Positions 7,656-16,337 of a stretch of 64,000 nt of DNA are shown piece by piece. The stretch is from a virus. Within the stretch, counting starts at the first letter, position 1. Each line of letters begins with the position of its first letter. The stretch lies in IMG/VR virus record IMGVR_UViG_3300005253_000054, positions 36,284 through 100,283 of that record. One strand, written 5' to 3'. Below the pieces are notes generated by a model. That model saw nothing but the letters and a program-made list of their open reading frames with translations. It was not told the DNA's origin and ran no database searches. Both the position numbers and the translations under genes were made by a program.

Positions 7656-9061
7656 AACCCGCAACACCCCAAGCAATGGAATTGATGATGAAAGGGGCCA
7701 TAGCCTTATCTCAAGTAGAGGCGGACGGGATGCGGATCGACGTTGATTATCTTGATAAGACCATCAAAAAAGTTACGAGGAATATCGCACGACAGACAGA
7801 GAAGCTAAAGGAATCAGAGGAGTGGAAAGTTTGGAAGAAACTCTATGGAAGCAAAATGTCCTTAGAGAGTGGACCACAGTTAGGCAAAGTTCTGTTCGAC
7901 AAGATGGGTCACAAGTGTATAGCCAGAACGAAAACGGGCAAGCCAGCAACGGACCAGACTGCTTTGGAGCAACTAGACATCCCATTCGTAAGGAGATTGT
8001 TGAGCATTAAGAAGAAAAAGAAGATGCTCAGCACGAATCTCAAAGGAATCAGACGTGAGGTAGTAGATGGTATTGTAAGACCTTCATTCAATTTGCACCT
8101 TGTTACTACATACCGATCAAGTGCTGATCGTCCTAACTCAAAAAATATACCAGTTAGGGATAAGAAGATAGGGAGGATGGTACGAAAGGCGTTCATTCCG
8201 AGGGATGGTCATGTTTTGGTAGAGATTGATTACTCTGCCGTAGAATTTAGGGTTGCATCGTGTTTTTGGCAAGATGAGGCAATGGTAGACTATGCCAGTA
8301 ATCCCAATAAGGATATTCATAGGGATATGGCTGCCGAGTGTTATATGCTGAGAGAAGAGCAAGTAACAAAGGATGCCAGATTCTATGCTAAGAATCAATT
8401 TGTTTTTCCAGAGTTGTACGGTAGTTGGTATGGACAATGTGCCATAAATTTATGGGATGCCATTGGAAAAGGAAAGTTGGAAGTTGGTATGACAGATGAT
8501 GAGGAGTGTCGATGGTGTGGTGTGGGTTGTCGTAGTGATGTATGTTCAGTTTGTGGGGGAAAGCAGAAACGGGGATTGAAAGATCACCTGAATTCTAAAG
8601 GGATTACGGGTGTAGAGGGATTCAAAAGGGTTGTTCAAGATGCAGAGAATACTTTTAATGAGATGTTTCACGTATATAACGAAAAGAAAGAGGAATGGTG
8701 GGAAACCTATCTGAAAAGGGGTTATATTCGTTTGATGACCGGGTTTGTTTGTCAGGGAGTTATGAGTCGCAATAAGGTTTACAATTACCCCACTCAAGGT
8801 CCGGGTTTCCACTGTTTGCTTTGGTCCCTGATTCAGATGGTAAAGCGATTGCGAAAGGTGAAGTCGATGGTGATTGGAGAAATATACGATAGCCTTATCT
8901 TGGACGTACATAGGTCTGAGTTGGACGATGTTTTGCAAATGGCTAAACAAGTGATGACGGTCGATTTGTTGAAAGCGTGGGACTGGATTATTTGCCCTAT
9001 GGAAATCGAGGCTGAGGTTGGCGAGGAAAATTGGGCAGATAAGAAAGAGGTGGAGATATGA
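7652..9061 (+). CDS. polA: Family A DNA polymerase, polymerase domain only
   Basis: RSSADRPNSKNIP, motif A EIDYSAVEFRV, DIHRDMA, motif B RFYAKNQFVFPELYG, NYPTQG, motif C EIYDS. Confidence 0.9.
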   Translation: MKPATPQAMELMMKGAIALSQVEADGMRIDVDYLDKTIKKVTRNIARQTEKLKESEEWKVWKKLYGSKMSLESGPQLGKVLFDKMGHKCIARTKTGKPATDQTALEQLDIPFVRRLLSIKKKKKMLSTNLKGIRREVVDGIVRPSFNLHLVTTYRSSADRPNSKNIPVRDKKIGRMVRKAFIPRDGHVLVEIDYSAVEFRVASCFWQDEAMVDYASNPNKDIHRDMAAECYMLREEQVTKDARFYAKNQFVFPELYGSWYGQCAINLWDAIGKGKLEVGMTDDEECRWCGVGCRSDVCSVCGGKQKRGLKDHLNSKGITGVEGFKRVVQDAENTFNEMFHVYNEKKEEWWETYLKRGYIRLMTGFVCQGVMSRNKVYNYPTQGPGFHCLLWSLIQMVKRLRKVKSMVIGEIYDSLILDVHRSELDDVLQMAKQVMTVDLLKAWDWIICPMEIEAEVGEENWADKKEVEI

Positions 9062-9432
9062 TTTGGCCATCAGGAATAGAATGTGATAGTAACGAAATTG
9101 AGTTGTGGTATGATGATCTTGACGAGGATGTTATGGGCAAAATCAATAGGTGTCTAAAAGAAAAGGGTTTTCAGTTTGTGGATGATGGCTTAATACACGA
9201 TGGGTATTCTGCCTATCGTTTGGAGAAGTTGTGATATGAAAGTTGGGAAAGAAGTTAGTGTGACTCCAGTATGTCAAGGGTGGTGTAGTGTGTTTGCTAC
9301 AAATTTAGTTCCATTAACGGTATCAATACTTGGTAAAACGAAATTAGAAGAAAAATCACAAGTGGAATTTGCTAAAGAAGTTTATGAATGTTATCGACAG
9401 AAACAAGCCAAGGAACGTGGAGAATTAGAAGA

Positions 9433-12400
9433 TTGAATTATCAAACATTCCTCAAAACGAAACGACTACGAACCGATCCTAAAGGATTCGATCCGATATG
9501 GTTACCAGATTGGTTATTCGGATTCCAAAACCATTTGTGTGATTGGTCGATTCGTTTGGGCAGGTCTGCTTTATACGAGGACTGTGGGCTTGGCAAAGGC
9601 AGTCCTCCCAATATGCCTGTTTTAACTCCCACTGGATTTGTCCCAATAGGCAGTTTGGAAATTGGTGATTCTGTTATAGCTTCTGATGGAAAATCCTATG
9701 ATGTAAAGGGGGTTTACTTCAAACCGAGGCAGGATGTTTTCAGATTATGGTTTAGTGATGGTGTTTCGTTAGTAGTGGATTCTGACCATTTGCATATATG
9801 CCGAACAAATAATGACAGACAAAGAGATAAGCCCTGGCGTGTTTTGAGTACCAAGGAATTGTTGGAATGTAATAATTTGAGATATGGTAGTGATGGGAAG
9901 TCTCGTAATTACGATATTCCCGTTGTTGGTCCAGTGGAGTTTTCAGTGGATTGCCCCAAAACATTGACACCATATATTATCGGAGCCTTGTTGGGAGACG
10001 GTTGTACTTCTCAACCAAGTATGATTCAATTCACATCTGCGGATTCTGAGATTGTCAACAGGATCAATAATGAATTGTTGGGTGGTGTTGAATTAGTTTA
10101 TAAAGATCGTTATGAATACCGGTTAAAAACTGGTAAGACTGGTTGTGTGAAACATCCTATTCGTGCTTTTTTGTATCGGATTGGGATGATGGGGAAATTG
10201 TCGTATCAAAAAAGTATTCCAAAAGAATACCTTATGTCGAAACGAATAGAGGATAGGTTGGATTTGCTTCGTGGTTTGATGGACACGGATGGGTACATAA
10301 TGAAGTGTGGTACTTCTCAGTTCTATTCTGTTAGTAGAAAGCTTGCGACAGACGTGGAGTTTTTGGTCAGAAGTCTTGGGGGTGTTCCCACTTTTTCTAG
10401 GAAGCAAACCAGTTTGAATGGAGAACGAAAGAGGGATTGTTATACTGTTACATTTTCATTAAAGACCTTCAATCCTTTCTTTCTGTCGAGAAAAGCAGAA
10501 AGATGGAATCCCGATCCTAGGGACAATGGTAGGTGGATTGATTCCATTGACTATGAGGGACAATCTGAGACAGTGTGTATTTCTGTTGATTCTCCTGATT
10601 CTAGTTATGTCACTAGGAGTTTCATTGTTACACACAATACTCCCCAGCAATTAGTATGGGCTGAGAATGTGGTTAGACACACAAACAAACCCGTTTTGAT
10701 TGTGGCACCTTTGGCTGTATCCGCTCAGTTTGTTACAGAGGCAGAGAAGTTTGGGGTAGGGATACATCGTAGCCGTGATGGTAGATTGAAAAAGGGAATC
10801 AATGTTACGAATTACGAGCGATTACATCATTTTGATCCGAAGAGATTAGCTGGAATATCCTGCGACGAGTGTTTCCCTCCGGGAACGGCAATAGATGTTG
10901 TGAACCCCCTTGACAATTCTTTAGAAAAGAAGTATATTGAAGATATTGCACGGGGTGACCAAATTCTCAATGCTTCTGGAGTAGATCATGTCAAACATAT
11001 ATGGAAGAGAAAAATCAACGGGGCGGTTCAAGTCGGCACCGAAGGATCTAAAATTACCTGTAGCGAAAATCATCCATTCTTTACCTTGCATGGTTGGAAA
11101 TTCGCACGAGATTTACGAGCCGGAGATTGTGTCATGGAGACAGCCTCGGCAATGTACTTGGTGCGGGGAGATTTTCAATCCGAAATATGTAGCGAACAAG
11201 ATGGCGAGATTTTGCGGAACATCTTGCTCAGCGAAATGGCGGATGAATACACCGGAACACAAAGCAAAAGTACACAATCCAACTGTTGCCAAAAAAAGAG
11301 GAAAATCGAAAGCATTATGGTTCAGAGGAGGATCAGCAACAGCCAAAAAAGAACTCAAGCGGATAGCCGAGTTGTGTCCGATGAAAGATCCGAAAGTGAG
11401 AGCGAAGGTGTCCAAACGATTGAAAGAGATAGGACACAAGCCGAGGATTCAGGGAGGGAATGGGAGACCTTTGACGGAGCCGCAACAGATGCTATTAGAT
11501 TTGTTGGGTGGGGAGTGGGTTGCAGAATATCCAATTACCCTTGGGAAAAAGATACCCGGATATCCAACGAATTACAAGGTAGATATAGGTTGCCAATTAC
11601 GAAAAACAGCAATCGAGTTGGATGGGCATTCTCATTATTCCAGAAAAGAATTGGATCAGAAGAAAGACGAAATGCTGGCTTCGTTAGGGTGGACAGTGTT
11701 GAGGTTTTGGAATTGGGACATCCTAGATTGGATAAATGGAGGGATGAAAAAGGAGACGTCTATTTCTATGATATTGAAGCAACACGACATCCATCTTTCA
11801 GTGTGAATGGTTTGTTAGTACACAATTCGTCTATCCTAAAAAACTTTGATGGAAAGATGCGAAGAAGAATTACAGATTTTGTATCATCTATCAATTATCG
11901 TCTCCTATGCACGGCCACCCCAGCACCAAATGACCACATGGAATTGGGAACATCCTCCGAAGCATTGGGTGTAATGAGCCGTGGTCAGATGCTAGGAATG
12001 TTTTTCGTTAATGGTGGGGAAACAACGCAACAATGGTTGCTAAAAGGTCACGCGAAGAAACGATTCTGGCAATGGATGGGAACGTGGGCCAGGGCTATTC
12101 GTATGCCATCTGATCTTGGTTTTGATGACGGGGATTTTATTTTACCAGAGTTGATAATGAAACAGCATCTTGTACCTAGTGAGGTTACGGATGGATTCTT
12201 TCCTACTATGGCTGTTACGTTGGATGAGCAGAGGGCAGAACGAAAACGGACGATGCAGGCTAGGTGCGAAAAAGTGGCTGAGATTGTTCCTAATGATAGG
12301 CCATTTGTTGCTTGGTGTCATCTGAATCCAGAATCAGATTTGCTGGAGAAGTTGATTCCTGATGCCGTTCAAGTTAGTGGTAGTATGAAAGATGAGGTGA

Positions 12401-12759
12401 AAGAGGAGCGATTGAAAGCGTTTGCTGATGGGCAGATAAGGGTACTGGTTACTAAACCAAAAATTGCTTCATTCGGTCTTAATTGGCAGCACTGTGCTGA
12501 TATGTCATTCTTCCCGTCTCATAGTCATGAGCAATTTTATCAGTCTTTACGACGATGTTATCGGTTCCAACAAGAGAATTCAGTAACTTGTAATATCGTT
12601 ACGAGTGAGGCTGAGAGTAGAGTTTTGGATAACATGATGCGGAAAGAGCGGCAGGCTGTGGAAATGTATGATGGGATCGTAAGAGAAATGGGTAGGGCTT
12701 TGGATGAATCGAATGGGCAAAAAGGAAACGAGGAAACGAGTATACCGTCATGGTTGTAA
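9433..12759 (+). CDS. SNF2-like SF2 helicase containing two inteins
   Basis: After removing the inteins: GLGK|T Walker A, DE|SS Walker B, TATP, FGLNWQ, QSLRRCYRFQQ. Confidence 0.9.
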   Translation: MNYQTFLKTKRLRTDPKGFDPIWLPDWLFGFQNHLCDWSIRLGRSALYEDCGLGKGSPPNMPVLTPTGFVPIGSLEIGDSVIASDGKSYDVKGVYFKPRQDVFRLWFSDGVSLVVDSDHLHICRTNNDRQRDKPWRVLSTKELLECNNLRYGSDGKSRNYDIPVVGPVEFSVDCPKTLTPYIIGALLGDGCTSQPSMIQFTSADSEIVNRINNELLGGVELVYKDRYEYRLKTGKTGCVKHPIRAFLYRIGMMGKLSYQKSIPKEYLMSKRIEDRLDLLRGLMDTDGYIMKCGTSQFYSVSRKLATDVEFLVRSLGGVPTFSRKQTSLNGERKRDCYTVTFSLKTFNPFFLSRKAERWNPDPRDNGRWIDSIDYEGQSETVCISVDSPDSSYVTRSFIVTHNTPQQLVWAENVVRHTNKPVLIVAPLAVSAQFVTEAEKFGVGIHRSRDGRLKKGINVTNYERLHHFDPKRLAGISCDECFPPGTAIDVVNPLDNSLEKKYIEDIARGDQILNASGVDHVKHIWKRKINGAVQVGTEGSKITCSENHPFFTLHGWKFARDLRAGDCVMETASAMYLVRGDFQSEICSEQDGEILRNILLSEMADEYTGTQSKSTQSNCCQKKRKIESIMVQRRISNSQKRTQADSRVVSDERSESESEGVQTIERDRTQAEDSGREWETFDGAATDAIRFVGWGVGCRISNYPWEKDTRISNELQGRYRLPITKNSNRVGWAFSLFQKRIGSEERRNAGFVRVDSVEVLELGHPRLDKWRDEKGDVYFYDIEATRHPSFSVNGLLVHNSSILKNFDGKMRRRITDFVSSINYRLLCTATPAPNDHMELGTSSEALGVMSRGQMLGMFFVNGGETTQQWLLKGHAKKRFWQWMGTWARAIRMPSDLGFDDGDFILPELIMKQHLVPSEVTDGFFPTMAVTLDEQRAERKRTMQARCEKVAEIVPNDRPFVAWCHLNPESDLLEKLIPDAVQVSGSMKDEVKEERLKAFADGQIRVLVTKPKIASFGLNWQHCADMSFFPSHSHEQFYQSLRRCYRFQQENSVTCNIVTSEAESRVLDNMMRKERQAVEMYDGIVREMGRALDESNGQKGNEETSIPSWL
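9598..10638 (+). mobile_element. Intein 1 (347 aa) with in-frame LAGLIDADG endonuclease; Gly at position 1, class-3-like
   Basis: GSPPNMPVLTPTGF ... VCISV ... IVTHN|T; YIIGALLGDG and LLRGLMDTDG motifs; splicing restores GLGKT. Confidence 0.9.
10910..10938 (+). promoter_or_regulatory. Sigma70-like promoter inside intein 2
   Basis: TTGACA-17 nt-TATATT; SD GGAG at 10978-10981 before ATG 10988. Confidence 0.75.
10988..11806 (+). CDS. Vsr/DUF559-like endonuclease with Zn finger, nested in the +1 frame of intein 2
   Basis: CTWCG..FCGTSC; YKVDIG..AIELDGHSH..DQKKDEMLASLGWTVLRFWN. Confidence 0.85.
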   Translation: MSNIYGREKSTGRFKSAPKDLKLPVAKIIHSLPCMVGNSHEIYEPEIVSWRQPRQCTWCGEIFNPKYVANKMARFCGTSCSAKWRMNTPEHKAKVHNPTVAKKRGKSKALWFRGGSATAKKELKRIAELCPMKDPKVRAKVSKRLKEIGHKPRIQGGNGRPLTEPQQMLLDLLGGEWVAEYPITLGKKIPGYPTNYKVDIGCQLRKTAIELDGHSHYSRKELDQKKDEMLASLGWTVLRFWNWDILDWINGGMKKETSISMILKQHDIHLSV

Positions 12760-13703
12760 AGAAACAACTAATTACTGATAACTATGCTCTCCATTGCGGT
12801 GATTGCGTGGAGGTGTTAGCAGATTATCCGGATGAATCAATTGGCTTTTCCGTATTCTCACCACCGTTTAGTGATTTGTATTCGTACACGGATGAGCAAG
12901 AGGATATGAGCAACGTCAGGGATTACAAGGAATTCTTTAAGCATTTCAGATTCTTAGTCAATGAATTGCTTCGTCTTATGCTTCCTGGTCGTGTGGTGGC
13001 TGTGCATTGCATGGATATACCTACTTACAAACGGGATGGTGAGGGTATAGGGATTCGGGATTTTCCGGGTGATATTGTCCGATGTTTTCAGAAAGTGGGG
13101 TTCATTTTTCATAGCCGTCATTGCATCTGGAAAGATCCCCTGATAGCAGCGACTAGAACGAAAGCAATCGGACTAGCCCACAAGTCAGTAGTAAAGGATA
13201 GCAGTATATGTCGTACTGGTATTCCAGATTACATCGTGTCGTTCCGAAAGCCTGGGGAGAATCTGAAACCGATTGAGAATCTGAATGGGTTTACTGAATA
13301 CATAGGTTCTCGATCAGTTCCTAAAGACTTTGATAAGTATATTGGCTGTGAGATTCCAAAAAAGAACAGACGATCCCAATGGATTTGGCAACAGTACGCT
13401 TCCCCTGTTTGGTTTGATATTGACCAAACAAAGGTATTGCCATTTAGGAATGCAAAGGGGAAGGATGATACTAAGCACATTTGTCCTTTACAACTTCAGA
13501 CGATAGAAAGGTGTATGGTATTGTGGTCGAGGGAAGGTGATAATGTTCTATCACCATTTATGGGAGTGGGTAGTGAGGTTTATGTAGCTGTAAAGAATGG
13601 GAGAAGGGGTATCGGTGTAGAACTCAAAAAGAGTTATTATAGGCAAGCCGTTTTGAATGTGAAACAAGCCGAGAAGAAAAGGTCAGCTGGTTTCGATTTG
13701 TAA
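12750..13703 (+). CDS. DNA N4-C/N6-A methyltransferase (beta-type motif order)
   Basis: FSPPF (motif IV) precedes VLSPFMGVGS (motif I). Confidence 0.9.
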   Translation: MVVKKQLITDNYALHCGDCVEVLADYPDESIGFSVFSPPFSDLYSYTDEQEDMSNVRDYKEFFKHFRFLVNELLRLMLPGRVVAVHCMDIPTYKRDGEGIGIRDFPGDIVRCFQKVGFIFHSRHCIWKDPLIAATRTKAIGLAHKSVVKDSSICRTGIPDYIVSFRKPGENLKPIENLNGFTEYIGSRSVPKDFDKYIGCEIPKKNRRSQWIWQQYASPVWFDIDQTKVLPFRNAKGKDDTKHICPLQLQTIERCMVLWSREGDNVLSPFMGVGSEVYVAVKNGRRGIGVELKKSYYRQAVLNVKQAEKKRSAGFDL

Positions 13704-14006
13704 ATGGGAGGTAGCGAAAATGTGCAAATCAAATGATGACGGTTTTGACGAGGATTTCGACGATGATCTTGACGATGAATGGTGGGACGAAGATGGGGAT
13801 GAAGACGAATGACAGTTACTTTTGACGAACTGATAATTGAATCCAGATCATTGGCACAGCAAGACAAATCCTGGGGCCAGACGTGGGATGTTGTCGGTCC
13901 CCAGGTGGATCAAGGCATGGTGCTCGGAAGGATTGTTGGAGCTAAGCACGCAAATAGAATAAAGCTTTATCTGTCGTGGGTAAGCGGTCAGAAAACCAAA
14001 TGACTT

Positions 14007-14037
14007 TTGCCGTGTTTTGGATTGATTGGCGTATAAT
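14007..14037 (+). promoter_or_regulatory. Putative promoter, repeated motif copy 2
   Basis: TATAAT at 14032-14037; near-identical to 1347-1369. Confidence 0.65.
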
Positions 14038-14296
14038 ATTGTAAGGAGAATGATACGAAATGAGCACCATAAAAATAGATGATGATGGTTATGCGAAAGT
14101 CACGACTGGTAATCTTACGGCTAGATTCGGTTGGGATGGTCATCCAAATGGTGCTAGGGGAATCGAACGTGCTTGTGAGCAGATAGCTAAGCTACAGAAT
14201 ATAATACTTGAACAACGCAAAATCCTCGACAAGTTGCCGAAGGATGCTGAAGGAAACGTGTACCCGCCGCCAAGCTCCTAACCGAAAGGATTGACG

Positions 14297-16138
14297 ATGC
14301 CCCCAGAACTCTATCGTAAATACCGACCTACCAAATTCTCAGAGGTATTAGGTCAACCTGAAGCAATCAAGACCCTAAACGATTGGGGCAAGCAAAAAGC
14401 GATACCCCACTTCCTGCTATTCACAGGCCCTAGTGGGTGTTTGCGTGGGGATACGAAGATATTTGATCCGGTGGATTCTAGTGATTTGTCTATTCGGGAG
14501 CGTTGGAGGATTGGTCATCCTTTCCATGTTTTGTCGAGGAACGAGGATAACAGGCTGGTAGTGGCGGAAGCGATGCCACCGGTCCGCCATTCTCCAGATT
14601 GGATGTATCGTGTAAAAACTTCTGAATCGCTTTTTTACGTAACGTCCGAACACCAGTTCCTCGTTGACACTGGTGAGTACCTTTCATTGAGGGAACTTTA
14701 CGCTCGGAGATTCGACGGAGTCCATCTTCTGACCACTTGGGACATTTCCCAAGCAATTCAACACCAAGATGCTCACCATTGTTTGCAAACAAGATTAGAT
14801 TATTCGGATCGTTATCGGTCTTATCCCCGTTTTTATGATGAACGACTTCCGATTCAGTCAGATATCGATTCAAAATACGCTCAAGCACCAAACGATGTTC
14901 TAGGACGTAACCGTTTCTCGCATTTGGATGTTTTGGCATCCGTATCAAAACATAACCATCCCCGTCAATTACACGACCACCTTTCCAGGCAGGATTATCG
15001 ACACCACGTTGGAAAGAATACTGTGGACGAATTTGGGTGTTTGAACGTTTCAACGATTCACGAACGTTTTGACGTTTTGTCTTCAGACGTTTTGCGATTT
15101 GTTTCTGAGTCCAACCGTCTTGATACATGCCCGAAACTAACTTGTCCCGTTCTGGAGTCCAAATACGACGCCTGTGTGGATAGAAGCCTTTTGGCATTGT
15201 CTTCTCCTTGTTTTGATAGGACCATATTCTCTAGTACCATTATACAAGATATCTCCCAAACAAGCAAGCAGCCCTACTATGATTTTCATGTTCCTATTTA
15301 CGAGAATTATTGGGCTGGTGGTTTGATTCATCATAATTGTGGCAAAACGACTTTAGCCCGAATTCTTCGGAAGAAACTCAAGTGTTCCGACCACGATTTT
15401 ATAGAGGTGAATGCCGCCGAGACAAACGGGATTGATATGGTGCGGTCTATCGCGAGGGTAATGGGCCTTGCACCGATGATGGGCAGGTGTAGGGTGTGGC
15501 TCATAGATGAGGCTGCTAGGCTCACTAAGGATGCTCAGAGTGCTTTCCTCAAGATGCTGGAGGATACGCCCGAACACGTCTATTTTATGCTGGCGACAAC
15601 TGATCCTCAGAAGTTACTACCCACGATTATGACAAGGGCATCTGAGATTAAGGTAAAGGCTTTATCTTCTAAGGATATGACGGATTTGGTTAGAGGCGTA
15701 CGTCATCAAGAGGAGCAAGCCAATTCTGAAGAGGATTTGGTTGGAATATCCGATGACGTTTGTGATAAAATTATTGACATAGCAGACGGATCGGCAAGGA
15801 AAGCATTGGTCCTATTGCATCAAGTGATTGGTGAAGGGGACGAGGAGAAGCAGTTAGCGGTCTTGCAACAGGCAGATAGCAAGCAACAGGCAATTGAGAT
15901 TTGCCGATTGCTAATGAAAGCGAATACATCGTGGAAGCAGATGGCTAAGCTGCTTAGAGCCGTTGACGACGAGCCGGAGGGTATCAGGCGGCTGATGTTG
16001 GCTTATATGACCAAGGTAGGGCTGAGTGGTAATAAGAGGGCCATCGTGTGTCTTGAGGCGTTTGAGGAGCCTTATTTCAATACTGGCAGGGCAGGATTGG
16101 TTTTGTCCTGTTGGAATGTAATCAATGGAGGTGGATGA
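14297..16138 (+). CDS. dnaX: Clamp loader (DNA pol III gamma/tau-like) with intein
   Basis: LYRKYRPTKFSEVLGQ; GPSG|CGKT after splicing; IDEA; AFLKMLEDTP. Confidence 0.9.
   Translation: MPPELYRKYRPTKFSEVLGQPEAIKTLNDWGKQKAIPHFLLFTGPSGCLRGDTKIFDPVDSSDLSIRERWRIGHPFHVLSRNEDNRLVVAEAMPPVRHSPDWMYRVKTSESLFYVTSEHQFLVDTGEYLSLRELYARRFDGVHLLTTWDISQAIQHQDAHHCLQTRLDYSDRYRSYPRFYDERLPIQSDIDSKYAQAPNDVLGRNRFSHLDVLASVSKHNHPRQLHDHLSRQDYRHHVGKNTVDEFGCLNVSTIHERFDVLSSDVLRFVSESNRLDTCPKLTCPVLESKYDACVDRSLLALSSPCFDRTIFSSTIIQDISQTSKQPYYDFHVPIYENYWAGGLIHHNCGKTTLARILRKKLKCSDHDFIEVNAAETNGIDMVRSIARVMGLAPMMGRCRVWLIDEAARLTKDAQSAFLKMLEDTPEHVYFMLATTDPQKLLPTIMTRASEIKVKALSSKDMTDLVRGVRHQEEQANSEEDLVGISDDVCDKIIDIADGSARKALVLLHQVIGEGDEEKQLAVLQQADSKQQAIEICRLLMKANTSWKQMAKLLRAVDDEPEGIRRLMLAYMTKVGLSGNKRAIVCLEAFEEPYFNTGRAGLVLSCWNVINGGG
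14490..15197 (-). CDS. HNH homing endonuclease with N-terminal HTH, antisense within intein 3
   Basis: GWTQKQIAKRL HTH; NPAWKGG; YVLEHRLV..EVVHHKNGDKTDNDPNNL; SD AAGGAG 6 nt before ATG. Confidence 0.9.
   Translation of the reverse strand: MPKGFYPHRRRIWTPERDKLVSGMYQDGWTQKQIAKRLKTKRQNVRESLKRSNTQIRPQYSFQRGVDNPAWKGGRVIDGDGYVLIRMPKHPNARNGYVLEHRLVLERILNRYLTESEVVHHKNGDKTDNDPNNLILFANNGEHLGVELLGKCPKWSEDGLRRISERKVPSMKGTHQCQRGTGVRTLRKKAIQKFLHDTSNLENGGPVASLPPLPACYPRSSTKHGKDDQSSNAPE
15239..15267 (-). promoter_or_regulatory. Antisense sigma70-like promoter inside intein 3
   Basis: Minus strand TTGCTT-17 nt-TATAAT, about 40 nt upstream of the HNH ATG. Confidence 0.75.
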
Positions 16139-16337
16139 TGTCAGAGTACATATTTCCAGAATACTGGATTCAGTGTACCGAATGTGGTAATGATACCGTG
16201 ATGGTTGCGTTAGTGCCCACAACAGGTTGTATATCAAAAACGAAAAGAGAGGCGTGGCAGGCAGCAAAAGGGAGTGGTTGGGGGGGGGGTTCTTATTCAA
16301 AACCGATTTGTCCAGATTGTAAAGGAAAAGAAAACCG

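Larger units (their letters stand above)
10870..11826 (+). mobile_element. Intein 2 (319 aa) with no in-frame endonuclease; hosts a +1-frame nuclease gene
   Basis: CFPPGT, TCSENHPFF, FYDIE, LLVHN|S; splicing restores DESSILK. Confidence 0.9.
14438..15337 (+). mobile_element. Intein 3 (300 aa) in Walker A; hosts an antisense HNH gene
   Basis: CLRGDTKI, VTSEHQFL, YYDFHVP, LIHHN|C. Confidence 0.9.

Noticed and set aside
11113-11439. A third coding frame (minus strand) in intein 2
   Set aside because: No motifs; consistent with a shadow of the nuclease ORF.
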